NCBI GenBank assembly: GCA_964252035.1
Contig: OZ176202.1
Source: Podarcis erhardii
Lineage: Eukaryota
DNA length: 64,000 nt
Direction: 5' to 3' (one strand)
Shown: one piece after another, positions 13,634 through 25,915 of the stretch
How positions within the stretch are numbered: the first letter of the stretch is position 1
Layout: every line of letters starts with the position of its first letter
Notes under the pieces: generated by a model
What the model was told of the DNA's origin: nothing
The model's database searches: none
The model's input: the letters and a program-made list of their open reading frames with translations, nothing else
Made by a program: the position numbers and the translations under genes

Positions 13634-14790
13634 AAACAGCATCTTTTCTGGATTGCATTTCAGATGTGAAACTGCATTGATTAAAAACAGAAGGAATAGA
13701 AATGTCATTCTATTTGCTTTTAAAAAATTGCTCTCAAGTCTTTTTGATTTAAAACACTTGCATTTTCTTTGTAGGTGCCACATCCTCTTATTAATACGTA
13801 CAAGGATAGATGGAATAATTAAGATGCATGTGTTTAATTAAGATGCTTAATTAATAATTAAAAAATCCAACTGGTGCATGTGTGCTTATGGAGGGGCTTT
13901 TGATCTAGGCATCTCTTATTGGAGCCTGCCATGCTACCTTCCACCCTGTTCTGTAGGGTCCTGTAACTCCATGAAGCTTGATTTCCAGCAGTGAAACTAT
14001 TTCCCTGGGTCAAAATCCAAGTTTATAGTTTATAGTCTATTACACAATATCTATTTGCTGTCCCAAAATGTAACATTCTGTGGATGGTTTGCAATAAACA
14101 AATATAAAGATACAAAAGAAAACTATACAACCAAAATCAATATGAATACAATGAGGGTGAGAAAACTCCTCACAAGTCCAAAGATGTAAAAACTGAGTGG
14201 GGCAGACTACATGAGTTATTTTTTAAAAGCCTGGGGAGCACCCTGGAAAAATATAAATATGCACCATAAACACAAGCTTCCAAGTTCATTTGTGTGCTAT
14301 CTTCACACATTTCTATATTTAGGTTGTTGAGTGATTTGTTCTCCTGACACCTCATGAAAATTGCAGATCTGTCTATAGCCTGAGATTTCCCTTAAAGAGG
14401 AGGTAATACAAAATTTCACTACTGCTGAGTATATAGAGAAAGACAGCCGGGTTTATTTCCACAGTGATTTTCTTCTGCTGCTATTACTCACATTTTGAAA
14501 TAAATCTCTAAATCTGAATATATGTTTGGATGATTAGATCATAGGCAAATGCCATTTTGTATCTAGGTAATGCTGAGAACAATAAATGTATTCTCTAATT
14601 TAGTAGCGCATGGATTTTTTATAGCATGAATTGCCATTTTAAAAGCACATGCAACACAATGCAACTTAACTGTGTCTTAGAAGTTGCCAAACACCAAACA
14701 GATAATATAATGTGGTTGGGAAAAGCAAGCATGGAAAAGGCACATCAGGAAATGGTCCAACGATCTCAATAATATATGGGTTAATTGTAC

Positions 14791-14894
14791 CTGAAATCGT
14801 TTAGCAGGATAATTGTTCTTTGGTCCAGACTCTGTTCTCCAAGTCTACCAAATCCACTGGGTTGGATTCACCAATTTTCCTTCAAATTCATTTT
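14791..14894 (-). other. Candidate exon-like segment (104 nt) with an in-frame TAG
   Basis: Acceptor ttttatcttttag| and donor cag|gtacaa. All three frames contain a stop; the best frame has a single TAG at 14845-14847. No homology recognised. Confidence 0.2.
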
Positions 14895-16244
14895 CTAAAA
14901 GATAAAATAAATTAAAATAAATTCCTCTGTAACAGAATAAAAAAACAACAAAGAAAAGTTATTTTGTCATAAATTAGTATGCAACCAGACAGATTGGGCC
15001 GGATCCAAAGAACCACAAGTGTTTTGGAAATAGCTGCTATCACTCATAAATGCTTCTACTAGTAAGAGAATTCATGCCCAACTATAGCAGGTAGCCTCTA
15101 CTGAAGTGCTCAAGCTGTGTCTTCTGCAAGCTGAAGAACACCTTTGGATTTCTTTACTTGTGCTATGCCCTAACATGTAGTCAAAAACAGTCCTCCATGA
15201 ACAGACCTCAATACCTTCTTATTTTATCCTTAGAAAAGCCACATTTATAGATGAAGTGTCTGCAAACAACGTACTGGGATAGATTTATATATCTGTTCCA
15301 TTATTCAAGCTCTCCCCAGCACTTTAGTCTGAATAGGCTGATGTTCTGGCACCACAGTCCTGTTGATTTCAATAAAACTTTCTGCCAAGTAGGTATATAC
15401 GTTGGATGACAAGCTAAGGCTATTTTTCTGCCTTTCTACAAGAGAGTCACCTATAGCAAATATAAACTTAAAATCTTGAACTCAAAAATTATGATGCAAC
15501 TGATGTTCACTGTCACAATTTTATGTTCACACTGGAGGGAAATTTGGAAGAGAAATGAAGATGCTGTCCCACCATGAACATCAGCAGGTTTCAGTGAGCA
15601 ACATATGCCTGACATGCCTTCCTCAGAAAACCTTGTCAATGTCAGGTCAGGGGAGTTGTGTGGAATGTAGGCCAAGTTAAAAAGAAACTTAAACTTTCAA
15701 GATTACCCTTTTGGATTTACAAAGAGAGGCAGCTGCAAGTAGCATCACAGTACAGAAATGATGAATTCCACCTTTTAGATGAAGATAAAAGCTTTTTGCT
15801 GAACCCTATAGCACTTTTTCTGCATGCAGGAAAACACACGTCTTTGCCGGGACGATACTTCCACAACCTCAGATGCGTATATTTAAGAGATTTTGGAGGC
15901 TCTGGCAGATCTGGAAGGCTCATGTGAACAAAAAAGATTTCATGAGCTGGAATTATCTGTGGTAACTGAGCTGTACAGATTTGCGTAGTTTCAAGTCTCT
16001 CTTCATATGCATTTGTCTTGTACAAATAAGTCTGGCTTTATTGCACACATACATGTATATCTTTACTCCTTTTTCAGCACCAGCCAAAGACCCTTTCTTA
16101 TTTTCCAACTATTAAATATTTTAGTACTTTCTGGAAAGGTTGTATGGGTGTTATTATTTTGCTCCAGGTTTTATTCATTTTTGAATTTTATTTTCTCACT
16201 TTCTTATGTTTCTATAATGTATGCATGTTTTCTTTTTCACTTAC

Positions 16245-16319
16245 CAGATGAACTAGACAACTTTTGCTCTTGGGTGGTATATAACTGGGAAGGGCAGGGG
16301 ATACATATGAATTAAAATA
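16245..16319 (-). CDS. Candidate 75-nt phase 0/0 coding exon of an unidentified host gene (YFNSYVSPALPSYIPPKSKSCLVHL)
   Basis: Strong acceptor ttctgttattgtatttcag| and consensus donor ctg|gtaagt. Only frame 0 is open and the length is divisible by 3. Protein not recognised. Confidence 0.35.
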
Positions 16320-16465
16320 CTGAAATACAATAACAGAAAGGTTCATCAGATGTTCTCACTGTTATTATCTATTATTAATTTGGCTTGCTTCATGCATGCG
16401 CTAAGCATAGGTTGAAGAATCCTGATCCTAGTTAGGATCTTACCTCCAAAATATGTGGAATCATG

Positions 16466-16505
<40 letters not shown>
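16466..16505. repeat. Compound (CT)n(CA)n microsatellite
   Basis: Read directly. Confidence 0.9.
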
Positions 16506-18462
16506 GAGAGAGATATACTGTTGTGAGAATGTCTCTTACAGCAATATGCACCTATGTTCAGCTCTGTACATAAATGATGTGCATTTTATAACAGCATTTT
16601 TCATACTTATTAGTAGCTTGTTCAATTCTAGGAGTAACGAAGGGCCTCATTTGGCCCCAATAACAGCAGTCTAATCTTCATACTTCCAGGGAAACCATCT
16701 TGGTCCACCTTAACATGGAACCTTTGTAAGATGCAAGATTATTGTGGATAGTAAAAAGGCCAGACTCCCTTCACTACAGAATCACCCTCCATATTTTCCT
16801 GTAGTTGCCCCTTCCAGGGGAAGGGGAGCGAAGTGTCTTTCAGGTAAGCTTTCCATCCATTCCTAAGCTTCTTTACCAAGGATTCCCCTGCAAACTTCTG
16901 CTCAATGTAAAATGTACTTTTTAGATAGGTATGATATAAAATTTGATGCTATTACACTGGGATTGGGATTAATGACTACAATATTAACTTTGTTTTCTTT
17001 TTTTCTAAAGGCAGGTCATAATGAAATTCTGCTGAAGATTTCAGAGCACGCAGTAGCATTAACAATCCCAGGCACCTGTGAAAAGGGCTTGGGAAACCTG
17101 GAACAGGTGATCCTTTAAAGGTTTTGTTTCTAGTGTACAGCTCTGAATTCAAAGATACTAATTAAAACATGGTATATGACACCAATAAGAGAAGACGTGT
17201 TAATGCGGCTGCAGTGGAAAATGAAGGGACCCTTAGGGGTTCACCAGGTTGTTTATGATTAGCTAATTCAGCATCACCATAAATCTTCTAAAAGAAACTA
17301 TACTAGACTTCTTATATATTACCTCTCACATCTAAGAGTGTATGAATTGGGACTGAAGATGAAAACAGTTTCACTGTTCAACAGCTTGCATTTAAGGTTA
17401 TCATAAGACTATAAAAATACTAAGCATATAAGAATACAGTAACAAGTATGATTTAACAGATTTCTAAGGCGGTTATATAAACAGACATGAGCACGTATGT
17501 ACAAACTTCGTCTTCATAAATTCAAAGACGCTATTGGAACGTTTGGTGGCAAAATTGTTCTTTAAGTTTTTGCCTCATCTACACAATCTGTGGTTCACAT
17601 GGAAGAGTCTTTTCGGTTGCAATAATGGAACTAAACCACTTGCAATCTGCCAAAACTTCAGTTTTCACTTTGCATTTGTATAAATTGCAAAGGAGGTATG
17701 TTTCGTGAAAGCAAATCAGCAGAATGAAATAGGTTATAGATTTTCAGTCTACAGGATTAATAATGAACCTTATTAATTGTTGCATATTAGTTTAACAGCA
17801 ACCAGATTTACCACATCTCAGGAGCTTTTCAGCAAATGCTGACCCTTTAATTTCCGCCAGCAAAACTCTCCCTGACTTCAGTTATGCCAAAACTGGTTCA
17901 ATATTGGTGCTTTTGATCGGCATGCTGAAAACAAGGGTGTTTCACACAACTTCAATTATAAATTTATGAAGCTATATGTGTGCCACAGTAAATATGCTAC
18001 AGAAACTCTGTGAAACTGTTTGGATGCCCTTCATTTCTGTAAACTTGTTTACACAATAAATGCATGTTTATCATGGAAAAACTTCTGATTAAGCGTTAAG
18101 TTTACACTGTGAATTAATTTCCTTTACTGTGGTTCCTCTGCTTCAGCACCAAGGCTAGCGACTGTAACCATAGCAGTGGAAGGCAACCCCCCTATGACAT
18201 GCATTATTCATCACCACTGACAACTTGAGCAGAAAGCAGACAACTCAACTTTGACTTCTGCAGCAAAATTTAACATATGACTTTTCTCTCAGTTGCTCCC
18301 GCTCAAGCATAAACATGTACAGTGTGTTTTCAGAACACCTCCTCCCTTTAAATTAGGACAAAATATTTGACTAGTTCTGCAGCAGAAAAGTTTCTGATCA
18401 GAATAGGGCCACAGATTCAAGAAGCTGGAATGTAGTTACAAATGAAACACATTATCCTTATT

Positions 18463-18703
18463 TTAAGATTGCGGGGTGGGGGGGGGAGCTGTTATTGTGG
18501 TTAACCAAACTTTAACCTAATTCGGTCTTTATAAAATAAATCGGAATTGTATACAATTTCATTTTTGTTTGTTGCTGCTCTTTTGTTTTGTTTTGTTTTC
18601 TACATGGGTACTATTTCCTTCTTTTTGTGTCTTCTCATACTCTGTGCACTTGTAATTATGTACTTTTTATTTTTCAATAAAGAATCTAAAATAAAATAAA
18701 ATC
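18463..18703 (+). mobile_element. Probable L1-type 3' UTR remnant
   Basis: G-run, T-rich body, aataaa, then an A-rich (aaaat)n tail: the layout of L1 3' ends. No clear TSD. Confidence 0.4.
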
Positions 18704-19079
18704 CTTCATTTTATTCCTTGATTTTCATATTGAGGGAACTATTGTAAATGCCTAACAGATCTCCAGGGAACTAAGAATGTGCCATCCATCTGGATATGAA
18801 ACTACTGTTAATATAGGTTCTCACAAAACTAAGGCATTGGTGGTGTTTAGCTGATATGTACACCTACCAATGTATTTTCCAAAAGACCAATGTATTTGTC
18901 CCAAAAGTCTGAATGAAATTGCGTGTGAGGATAAAGAACTTAATCGATTTCTCAAAAAGGTCAAAGTGGGATACAAAATATAAAATAAATTTCAGGATCA
19001 AGAGTGAAGGGCAGCAGTCAATTGGCTGAAGTGAACTATTACGACAGCCCATTCCTTTCTTCTTTGAAAGTTCAAAAAC

Positions 19080-19316
19080 AATAGTCATAACTTGGAAGCC
19101 GAACACCTTGACCCAAACAAATTGGCTCCCAAATGATCAAAACCTGAGTGTGTTCCAGTTTCCGAATGGTTTTTGGAAGCCAAACATCCGGCGTGGCCTC
19201 CAGTGGATGCAGGATGCTCCTGCAGCCAATCGGAAGCTGCACTTTGATTTTTGAACAGTTCCGGGAGTCAAACAGACTCCAGGAACGCTTTCTGTTTGAA
19301 AACCAAGGTACCACTG
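19080..19316. mobile_element. Tc1/mariner (Tigger/pogo-like) MITE, family B, left TIR degraded
   Basis: Right TIR aaccaaggtaccactg followed by TA; body homologous to 53275-53519 and 56313-56553. Confidence 0.8.
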
Positions 19317-20700
19317 TATTAGAATTGGCTCTTCCTTCTCTCAAAGGACAAAGAAAGGAATGCTAAATATCATGCTTTTCATCCCGCCTATCCTGTGCTT
19401 TTTTTCAGGATGAGTTCATGAATGAATTCATGGAATATCCAGGGAGGCTCACTGAGTACAAACCTTGCCATTGTTCTGGCACCAGGCAAATCTGTTTCTG
19501 TTTTCCCAGGCATCTGGGCAGCACCATTTATATGACTGTGCTGTTAAATTTGTTTTTAATATGCAGTTTTATTACTGTATTTTCAACTTTGTTGTAAAAG
19601 GCTTCAGGAGCCTTTTAGTAAGAAATGATATATAAACCTAACCTAGTCCAGCCTAACCATATACACACCATTTAAGTAATTTTTTCCTTTAAATGTTTCG
19701 TTGTGTCTATTAGGAAGTGTTTTCAAAGGAAAAAGAGGATGCTTCTGAATGCCTGTTGCTGGGAAGTGAGTAAACTGCTGTTGCTTACATTGGCTTTTCA
19801 AAGGCATCTTTCTGGTCTGTCACTGTGAGAACAAGATGCTGGACACAATGGTCTCTTGGTCTGATCCAGCAGAGCTTTTCTTATGTCCCTAAGCTGCACA
19901 GTGTTTGAATCTTCAAACACATCTGCTATGAAATGGCTCTATTAAGTTTCCTTGCTCCTGGATAAAGTTAGAAAACAGTTTAAAACTGGTAGAAAGTTTC
20001 TGTAGTACTGTTACCTTTTCCAGCATCTAGTTCTGTAGGCCTCTTGGTCTGATGATTATGTAGCAATAAGATATGTTTGTTTAAAAAAAACACCTTGTAT
20101 TGGCAGTTCCTGTTTTGACTTCTGTCACCCGGTTATTTCCCATAAAACAGTGGGGAGGGGATTCTCCTAATGTGCAATCTTATACATGTCTAATCAACGA
20201 GGCTTACTCCCAGTTATATGGGTACAGAATTGCAAACTTGATGTTAATAAAGGTCATGTGTTTCTCCTGAAGGGAAAGAAATGTCAAATGCATGAGAATT
20301 TCAAGTGAGGTATTCATGTCACTTAGTACATTGATTACATGTATACCTAACATCTCTCTCTTTAAACATGTCGTTCATATTCAATGGTCATTTGGGATTG
20401 TTTTTTATAGTTTTTTTTCACTTGCAGGCTGACTTAATTATTATTGTGATGAAATGTGCTACCGTTTCCAACATACAGATTAAAGAACCAATGTATATTT
20501 TATACTTCCGTTCACATAAGATTTGCATTTGTGAGCAAAAATTTAGTATGACACTTTATATATGTGCAATTAACTGATGGTAAATCACTGTCTGCTCTGC
20601 TAGCTCTGATGTTTGAGCTAGCTGATTGCTCTGCCAGCACAAAAACCAACCACACAACAAATATTGTCATAGTTCAAACCAAAAGTAATTTCAGGTTCGT

Positions 20701-20702
<2 letters not shown>

Positions 20703-20756
<54 letters not shown>
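20703..20756. repeat. (CT)n microsatellite
   Basis: About 27 ct units. Confidence 0.95.
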
Positions 20757-20758
<2 letters not shown>

Positions 20759-20996
20759 CCTCCAGGGGCACAAAATTAATTTATCAAATTTCACTGCTAT
20801 AGAAAACCATAACAATACTTTCAGGTTGCTTTTCAATCTGCTTTGCCAGAACCATCCTGGCTGATCTCTGTGTGACTGGGGAAACACTGTTGGGATGAGG
20901 ATCTGTAATCCTTTACTCCCAGCAGAGTCAAGCTCCCTTAACAGTTCCCCAATAACTCTTCCTGTCATTATAACTAAAGAGTGAAGAGGTCACTTC

Positions 20997-21127
20997 CAGG
21001 GCTTTTATTTTTCAGACAGAACTCATGGGAACTCAGTTCCAGCACCTCTCAGGTGGGCACCATTGCCATTATAAGAGAACAAGGGAGAGTGAGTTCCAGC
21101 ACCTCTTTTTCTATAAAACTAGCACTG
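20997..21127 (+). mobile_element. 131-bp hAT MITE
   Basis: TIRs cagggct...agcactg; 8-bp TSD gtcacttc (20989-20996) / gttacttc (21128-21135) with one mismatch; homologous to 57203-57341 in the opposite orientation. Confidence 0.85.
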
Positions 21128-23917
21128 GTTACTTCTAGGAGGCCACATGAAAATGACTTTCATGAGCTTGATGTAGTATCTTTCAAACCTGAAGGGGCAT
21201 GCTTCAACTCTGCTGTACATTTCAGTTGCCATACATGTTGAGTTCCAGTTGTAACTATAAATAAATCTATTTTTGCAGTTAATCTACATCTCAATTTATG
21301 TAAAAGGCAACATCAATAAGCCATAGAGGAGGGATTCTGTAACGAGAAGAATTAAAGGCAAAAAAAAAAAGGAATACTCAGCGTTGATTGTTTTTTTAAA
21401 AAATGTATAGCTCGTATACATTTTATGCTTCAACCACTATGGGATTCCCTGACAGGATTACATTACTCTTTTCCTTTAAAGTTATGAGAACCCAGCTATA
21501 AAAAAGGTGCAACCACACTAATCTGCTAACATAGGCATGAGGACTGAGAAACTTCAGATTGCATGGGAACAACAGACCACACAATCTTGGTGGGACTCAT
21601 TTATTTATTTCCATACTCCATTATACTATAATCCTGTGTTATATATAAGAAATAGGCCATTCTTATGAAATAGTGGTATGCTTCTACCCAAATGAGATAC
21701 ACACCGCTAGGGTGTATCTGGGTGGGGCAACATTCCTATACGTCTTGTGGCAATCTTGTGTCTTCTTCTGCTGGGAGTTTCTCCCCAGGTTCTCAGGTGT
21801 CCACAGAAAGTCTGCAGAGTGTCTCAAATATTCTTATTTTTCTGAACCTCTGCACCAGCAATTCCCCCCAACCCAATCCACGTTGCAGTGGAAGTTTTGA
21901 ACATGCAGGTTAGCGTTCTATATCTGCAATTTTACAGGTTGATCACACTATGATATGCACTTCCAGCACTAATTGTGTGTCCTCACTGTACAAAGTCCAC
22001 AAAGAGCAAAAGCTTAACTTGCAGGCTTTCTCTCCACCTATACAGTGAGCTAGGAGAAGCATCTCTGCTGCAGCCCAGTGGCGAAAATGACAAGTTTCCC
22101 CCCAACCCAGCAGGGTGTACAAAAACAAAAACAAAATCTCTTCATTGCAGAAATGAAACTGGGAAGGAGTTTCAAACTCCTTTCAAATGTCACTCTGTAC
22201 TGCAGGAACTTCTAAAAAATTCCTGTAAAGGGGTGGGGAGTGGGGTTCAGTTGTACTCCTTCGGCTTACAGCTTTTGCGTACTGTTTTCTGAATTAGCAA
22301 AAGATGTATATTTAACCACTCATAACATTCTACTTTGATCAGCATGTGTAAAAATATGGACTGCTGGTATTTTTTTCATCTAACCAGCATGTGCAAAAGT
22401 CTGCACATCCAGATAATTCTTTTCACTGACGGAAATTAAATTGGACAGAACGGGGCAAAAGAAAGACCCAGGATACTTGTCTACTACAGTGGAACCACAA
22501 AATCAAAATGAGAAACTGAACATTGCAGATTGTTGCAGCATTTCTAGCATTGTCACCACAATCCCTTAAGTGGCACATCATTCTTTTATTTTAGTTTTTA
22601 GTTTTACCTCCCTCCCATTCAATATAAAGAGGCACAATAAATTCTCGCATTTGGAATGTGGAAAAAGAGAAGAACTTGGGAACACTAACAAAACTTTGCT
22701 GCCCCCCCCCCACGCCTCCAGTTTTCTCTGTCTATTGAGAACAGATTCTACCTTTCTTTTTTAGAATTCGCATATCCTGTAAGGTGAGAGGATTGTACAG
22801 TGTAGCAAGATGCAAGTGGCGAAAAGATTTGTAACTGGTTATTTGTTCTGCCTAAGGAATATCTCCTCACAGCTTCACTCATTCATCTCAAAGTCTGGCC
22901 TGGTGGCAGCAGAACTCATTGATGATATATCAGCACATTTGATTGCCCAGGTACTGAGTACAACCAAAACAACACTGCAAAGTTATAGAGGGTGGGATGG
23001 GCAGAAGGAAGATTGGCTAGTTGTGCTTGGCTGACAGAAACTCATAAACAACTTCACAGGAACCTTGCAGTATTGGGGAAATTCTGTTGCATGAAGAACT
23101 TGAGAACTAAACAGTATCCTTGACAGAGAAATGGAAAATTGTTTGAAAGCACTCTGTCGCGCTCTCCAGCTCTGAGAAAGGTCCTTTGAGTTCCACCACC
23201 ATCTTTCTGTTTTTCTGCATTCCTGAATCCCAAACATCTGTTAAAAAGTGGATGTAGAAGAAAATCTCCCATAGAATATGAGATATAAAGCTTTTAATTT
23301 ACAATGGACAAAACACCAAAGGACCACTCCTAAACCATGCTTAATGAGCATGCATACAATATACTTTCAACACAAACAACTGATAAAACGCACAGGAACG
23401 CTCTTGGTGTAGACATTTATAAAGAACACATCCCTATGTTATCAAGAGATTCAAATGCATATAAAACGTTTTGATGCGGGCTTTCAATCCAGATTGTGAA
23501 GCAATTTTGATATATTTAGGGATACATAGGGATATTTAATACTAACTGTTTCCAGCATGCAATCAACTTCCATAGGGCAACAGGGATTTTTACTCATGCT
23601 ACTCTGAAGCCTGTTCATGTGCATTCTATCAGTAGCTTGCATTTTACTGCTGCATGAACAGAAGGAAACCAAGTACGCTGGAAATTCGCAAATGGCACAC
23701 TAGGGGAGAAGCCTAGATCTTCTGAAGGTTACTCATCTAACCTACCCCATGAAAGGCACCTCTCTCAAATTTTGCAATTGAAAACTGTGTTATGCTCATA
23801 AAAAAAGGATGGTGAACCTGTGGGCACTCCAGATGTTGGATTTCAATTCCTATAGGCCTCGCATTATCAGTGATCAAGAACGATGGAAGTTATAGTCCAA
23901 TACCATGCCTGGGAGAT

Positions 23918-23918
<1 letters not shown>

Positions 23919-23952
<34 letters not shown>
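23919..23952. repeat. (CA)n microsatellite
   Basis: Read directly. Confidence 0.9.
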
Positions 23953-23956
<4 letters not shown>

Positions 23957-24110
23957 GCTTGAGCTCCCTGAAAATAAATGAAAGCTCACTATTTGGATGG
24001 TCAATATTTCTTACTGAAGGAATACAGAAGGCCATTTATTTATTTTATCCCACTTTTCAGGAAAATATCCTCCCAAAGCAGCAAACATAATAAATAAACA
24101 ACAAACAATA

Positions 24111-24352
24111 CAGTGGTACCTCGGGTTACGTACTTAATTCGTTCTGGAGGTTCGTTCTTAACCTGAAACTGTTCTTAACCTGAAGCACCACTTTAGCTAA
24201 TGGGGCCTCCTGCTGCTGCCGTGCCACCGCCACAAAATTTCTGTTCTCATCCTGAAGCAAAGTTCTTAACCCGAGGTACTATTTCTGGGTTAGCGGAGTC
24301 TGTAACCTGAAGCGTATGTAACCTGAAGCGTATGTAACCCAAGGTACCACTG
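24111..24352. mobile_element. Tc1/mariner (Tigger/pogo-like) MITE, family A
   Basis: TA TSD on both sides; TIRs cagtggtacctcgggttac / gtaacccaaggtaccactg; internal duplication of taacctgaagcgtatg; homologous to 36833-37058. Confidence 0.92.
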
Positions 24353-25884
24353 TACCAATATAAAAAGAACATAATTTGGAACTTTGCATTACACCACTGC
24401 AACAATAAGGGCAAATTAGTCAAATACCCCGAGATAAAAACAACCAGAGATATGATAAGCATACAGTTTTATTTCCAGCTTTAGACTGTAAAAATAGGGA
24501 GAGAGAGTTGTGCTCCTAGGAGGCCACAATACCTCTGCTTGGGTTCAAGCCTAATGGCTCACACAAGTGTTGACGCAATGAGCAAAGATAACCTGCTGCA
24601 CCAGAATAGGAGCAGAGGTGCTTCCATCCATGAACTATAAACCTTTCCACAAGCTATTAATGACTACAACATGTTTTATATTTACACTTCGGCTGTGTAC
24701 ACACGACTGTCTCAAAACTCAGCAATGTTGTTCCCCACCCCTCCACCACCCTCTGCATTTCAGATGACAGTTGCACATCACTGGTGTGTTTGCAAGTGGA
24801 CCACTATTCACATCAAGGAGTGGAGAGGGGGCAAGTATGTTTACAGGTTTCTTTTGTTTTCAAATCAGATTGAAGCTACTTTGGAGGAAAATGCATCAAA
24901 ATGCAGTACTTCTTGCATTCACAGTTTCTCAAACCAGCAGAGTAAATGGGAGCATGTACACAGCCTTGTGTGTGACCACTACAGACACTAGTAGAATACT
25001 ACAGACACTAGTAGAATACCAGTGTGATGTCTGAAGCACAAAGCAGTTCTTCAATAGAAAATTTCAACTTGACCAACATACACTGATACTGAGATTTGTG
25101 TGTGTGCTGGTTTTAAACCCATAACCTTCAAGGCAGGATAGGAAAGCAGGTACTGTTGTTTTACTTTATGTGGCAAAAGGGTGACAGAGAATTGGAAAAC
25201 CGAAGGGACTGGGGAAGCATACAAGGATCAGCAAGGAATCCAGGGAATGAGGAGCAAAAGACAAACCAGTATGGTGGCAAAAGGCAACAACTGAGAAGAA
25301 AGGGTAACTGAAATAGGCAGTAGAGGGACATGCTAAAAGTAAGGGATTGGGGCAGGGGGTGATGGGGAAAGGAATGTGCAAAAGTGGTTTGGGAAAGATA
25401 ATATTAGAGAGAATCATCAGCTGACCAGCGAAGAGACGGATAAAAAGCAGGGGGAAATGGAAAATATGAAGAGAAAGCAAGGGAGACAATTGTGGTTCCC
25501 AAGCTATGCAGTGCAGCACGGAGCTTGCTCCACACATGATTGTTTCCCATGAATTAGTGAAGCATTGCCCCATTAAGGTGAATGCAGAGAATGTACTGTA
25601 ACAATAAATATGCACTGTAAAATTCCAATCCAAAACAGAGCAGTGTGCTATGGGAGCATGGCTCAGCCTCTCTCCACAGCTCAAAAGGATTTCTAGCTCT
25701 TTAATGCAAAAAGGAGATAAAGTTGCACATGCATTGCACTATATATACTGCTTGGAAACTATACTTGGAAACTGTAATTGCAGCTTCAAATATTTAACAA
25801 CATTTATGGGGGGAATATGCAACCTCAAAAAGGAGACATATGACACTCTCTCTCTCCCTCCCCCCCCCCTCTAACACAGCAGGA

Positions 25885-25915
<31 letters not shown>

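Noticed and set aside
15450-16025. Overlapping 74-102-aa ORFs that look protein-like
   Set aside because: No recognisable homology; frames close with stops on both strands and no consistent acceptor/donor pair preserves a frame.
21673-23272. Cluster of 60-105-aa ORFs and a minus-strand acceptor near 23238
   Set aside because: All frames after the acceptor reach stops without a good donor; no motif recognised.
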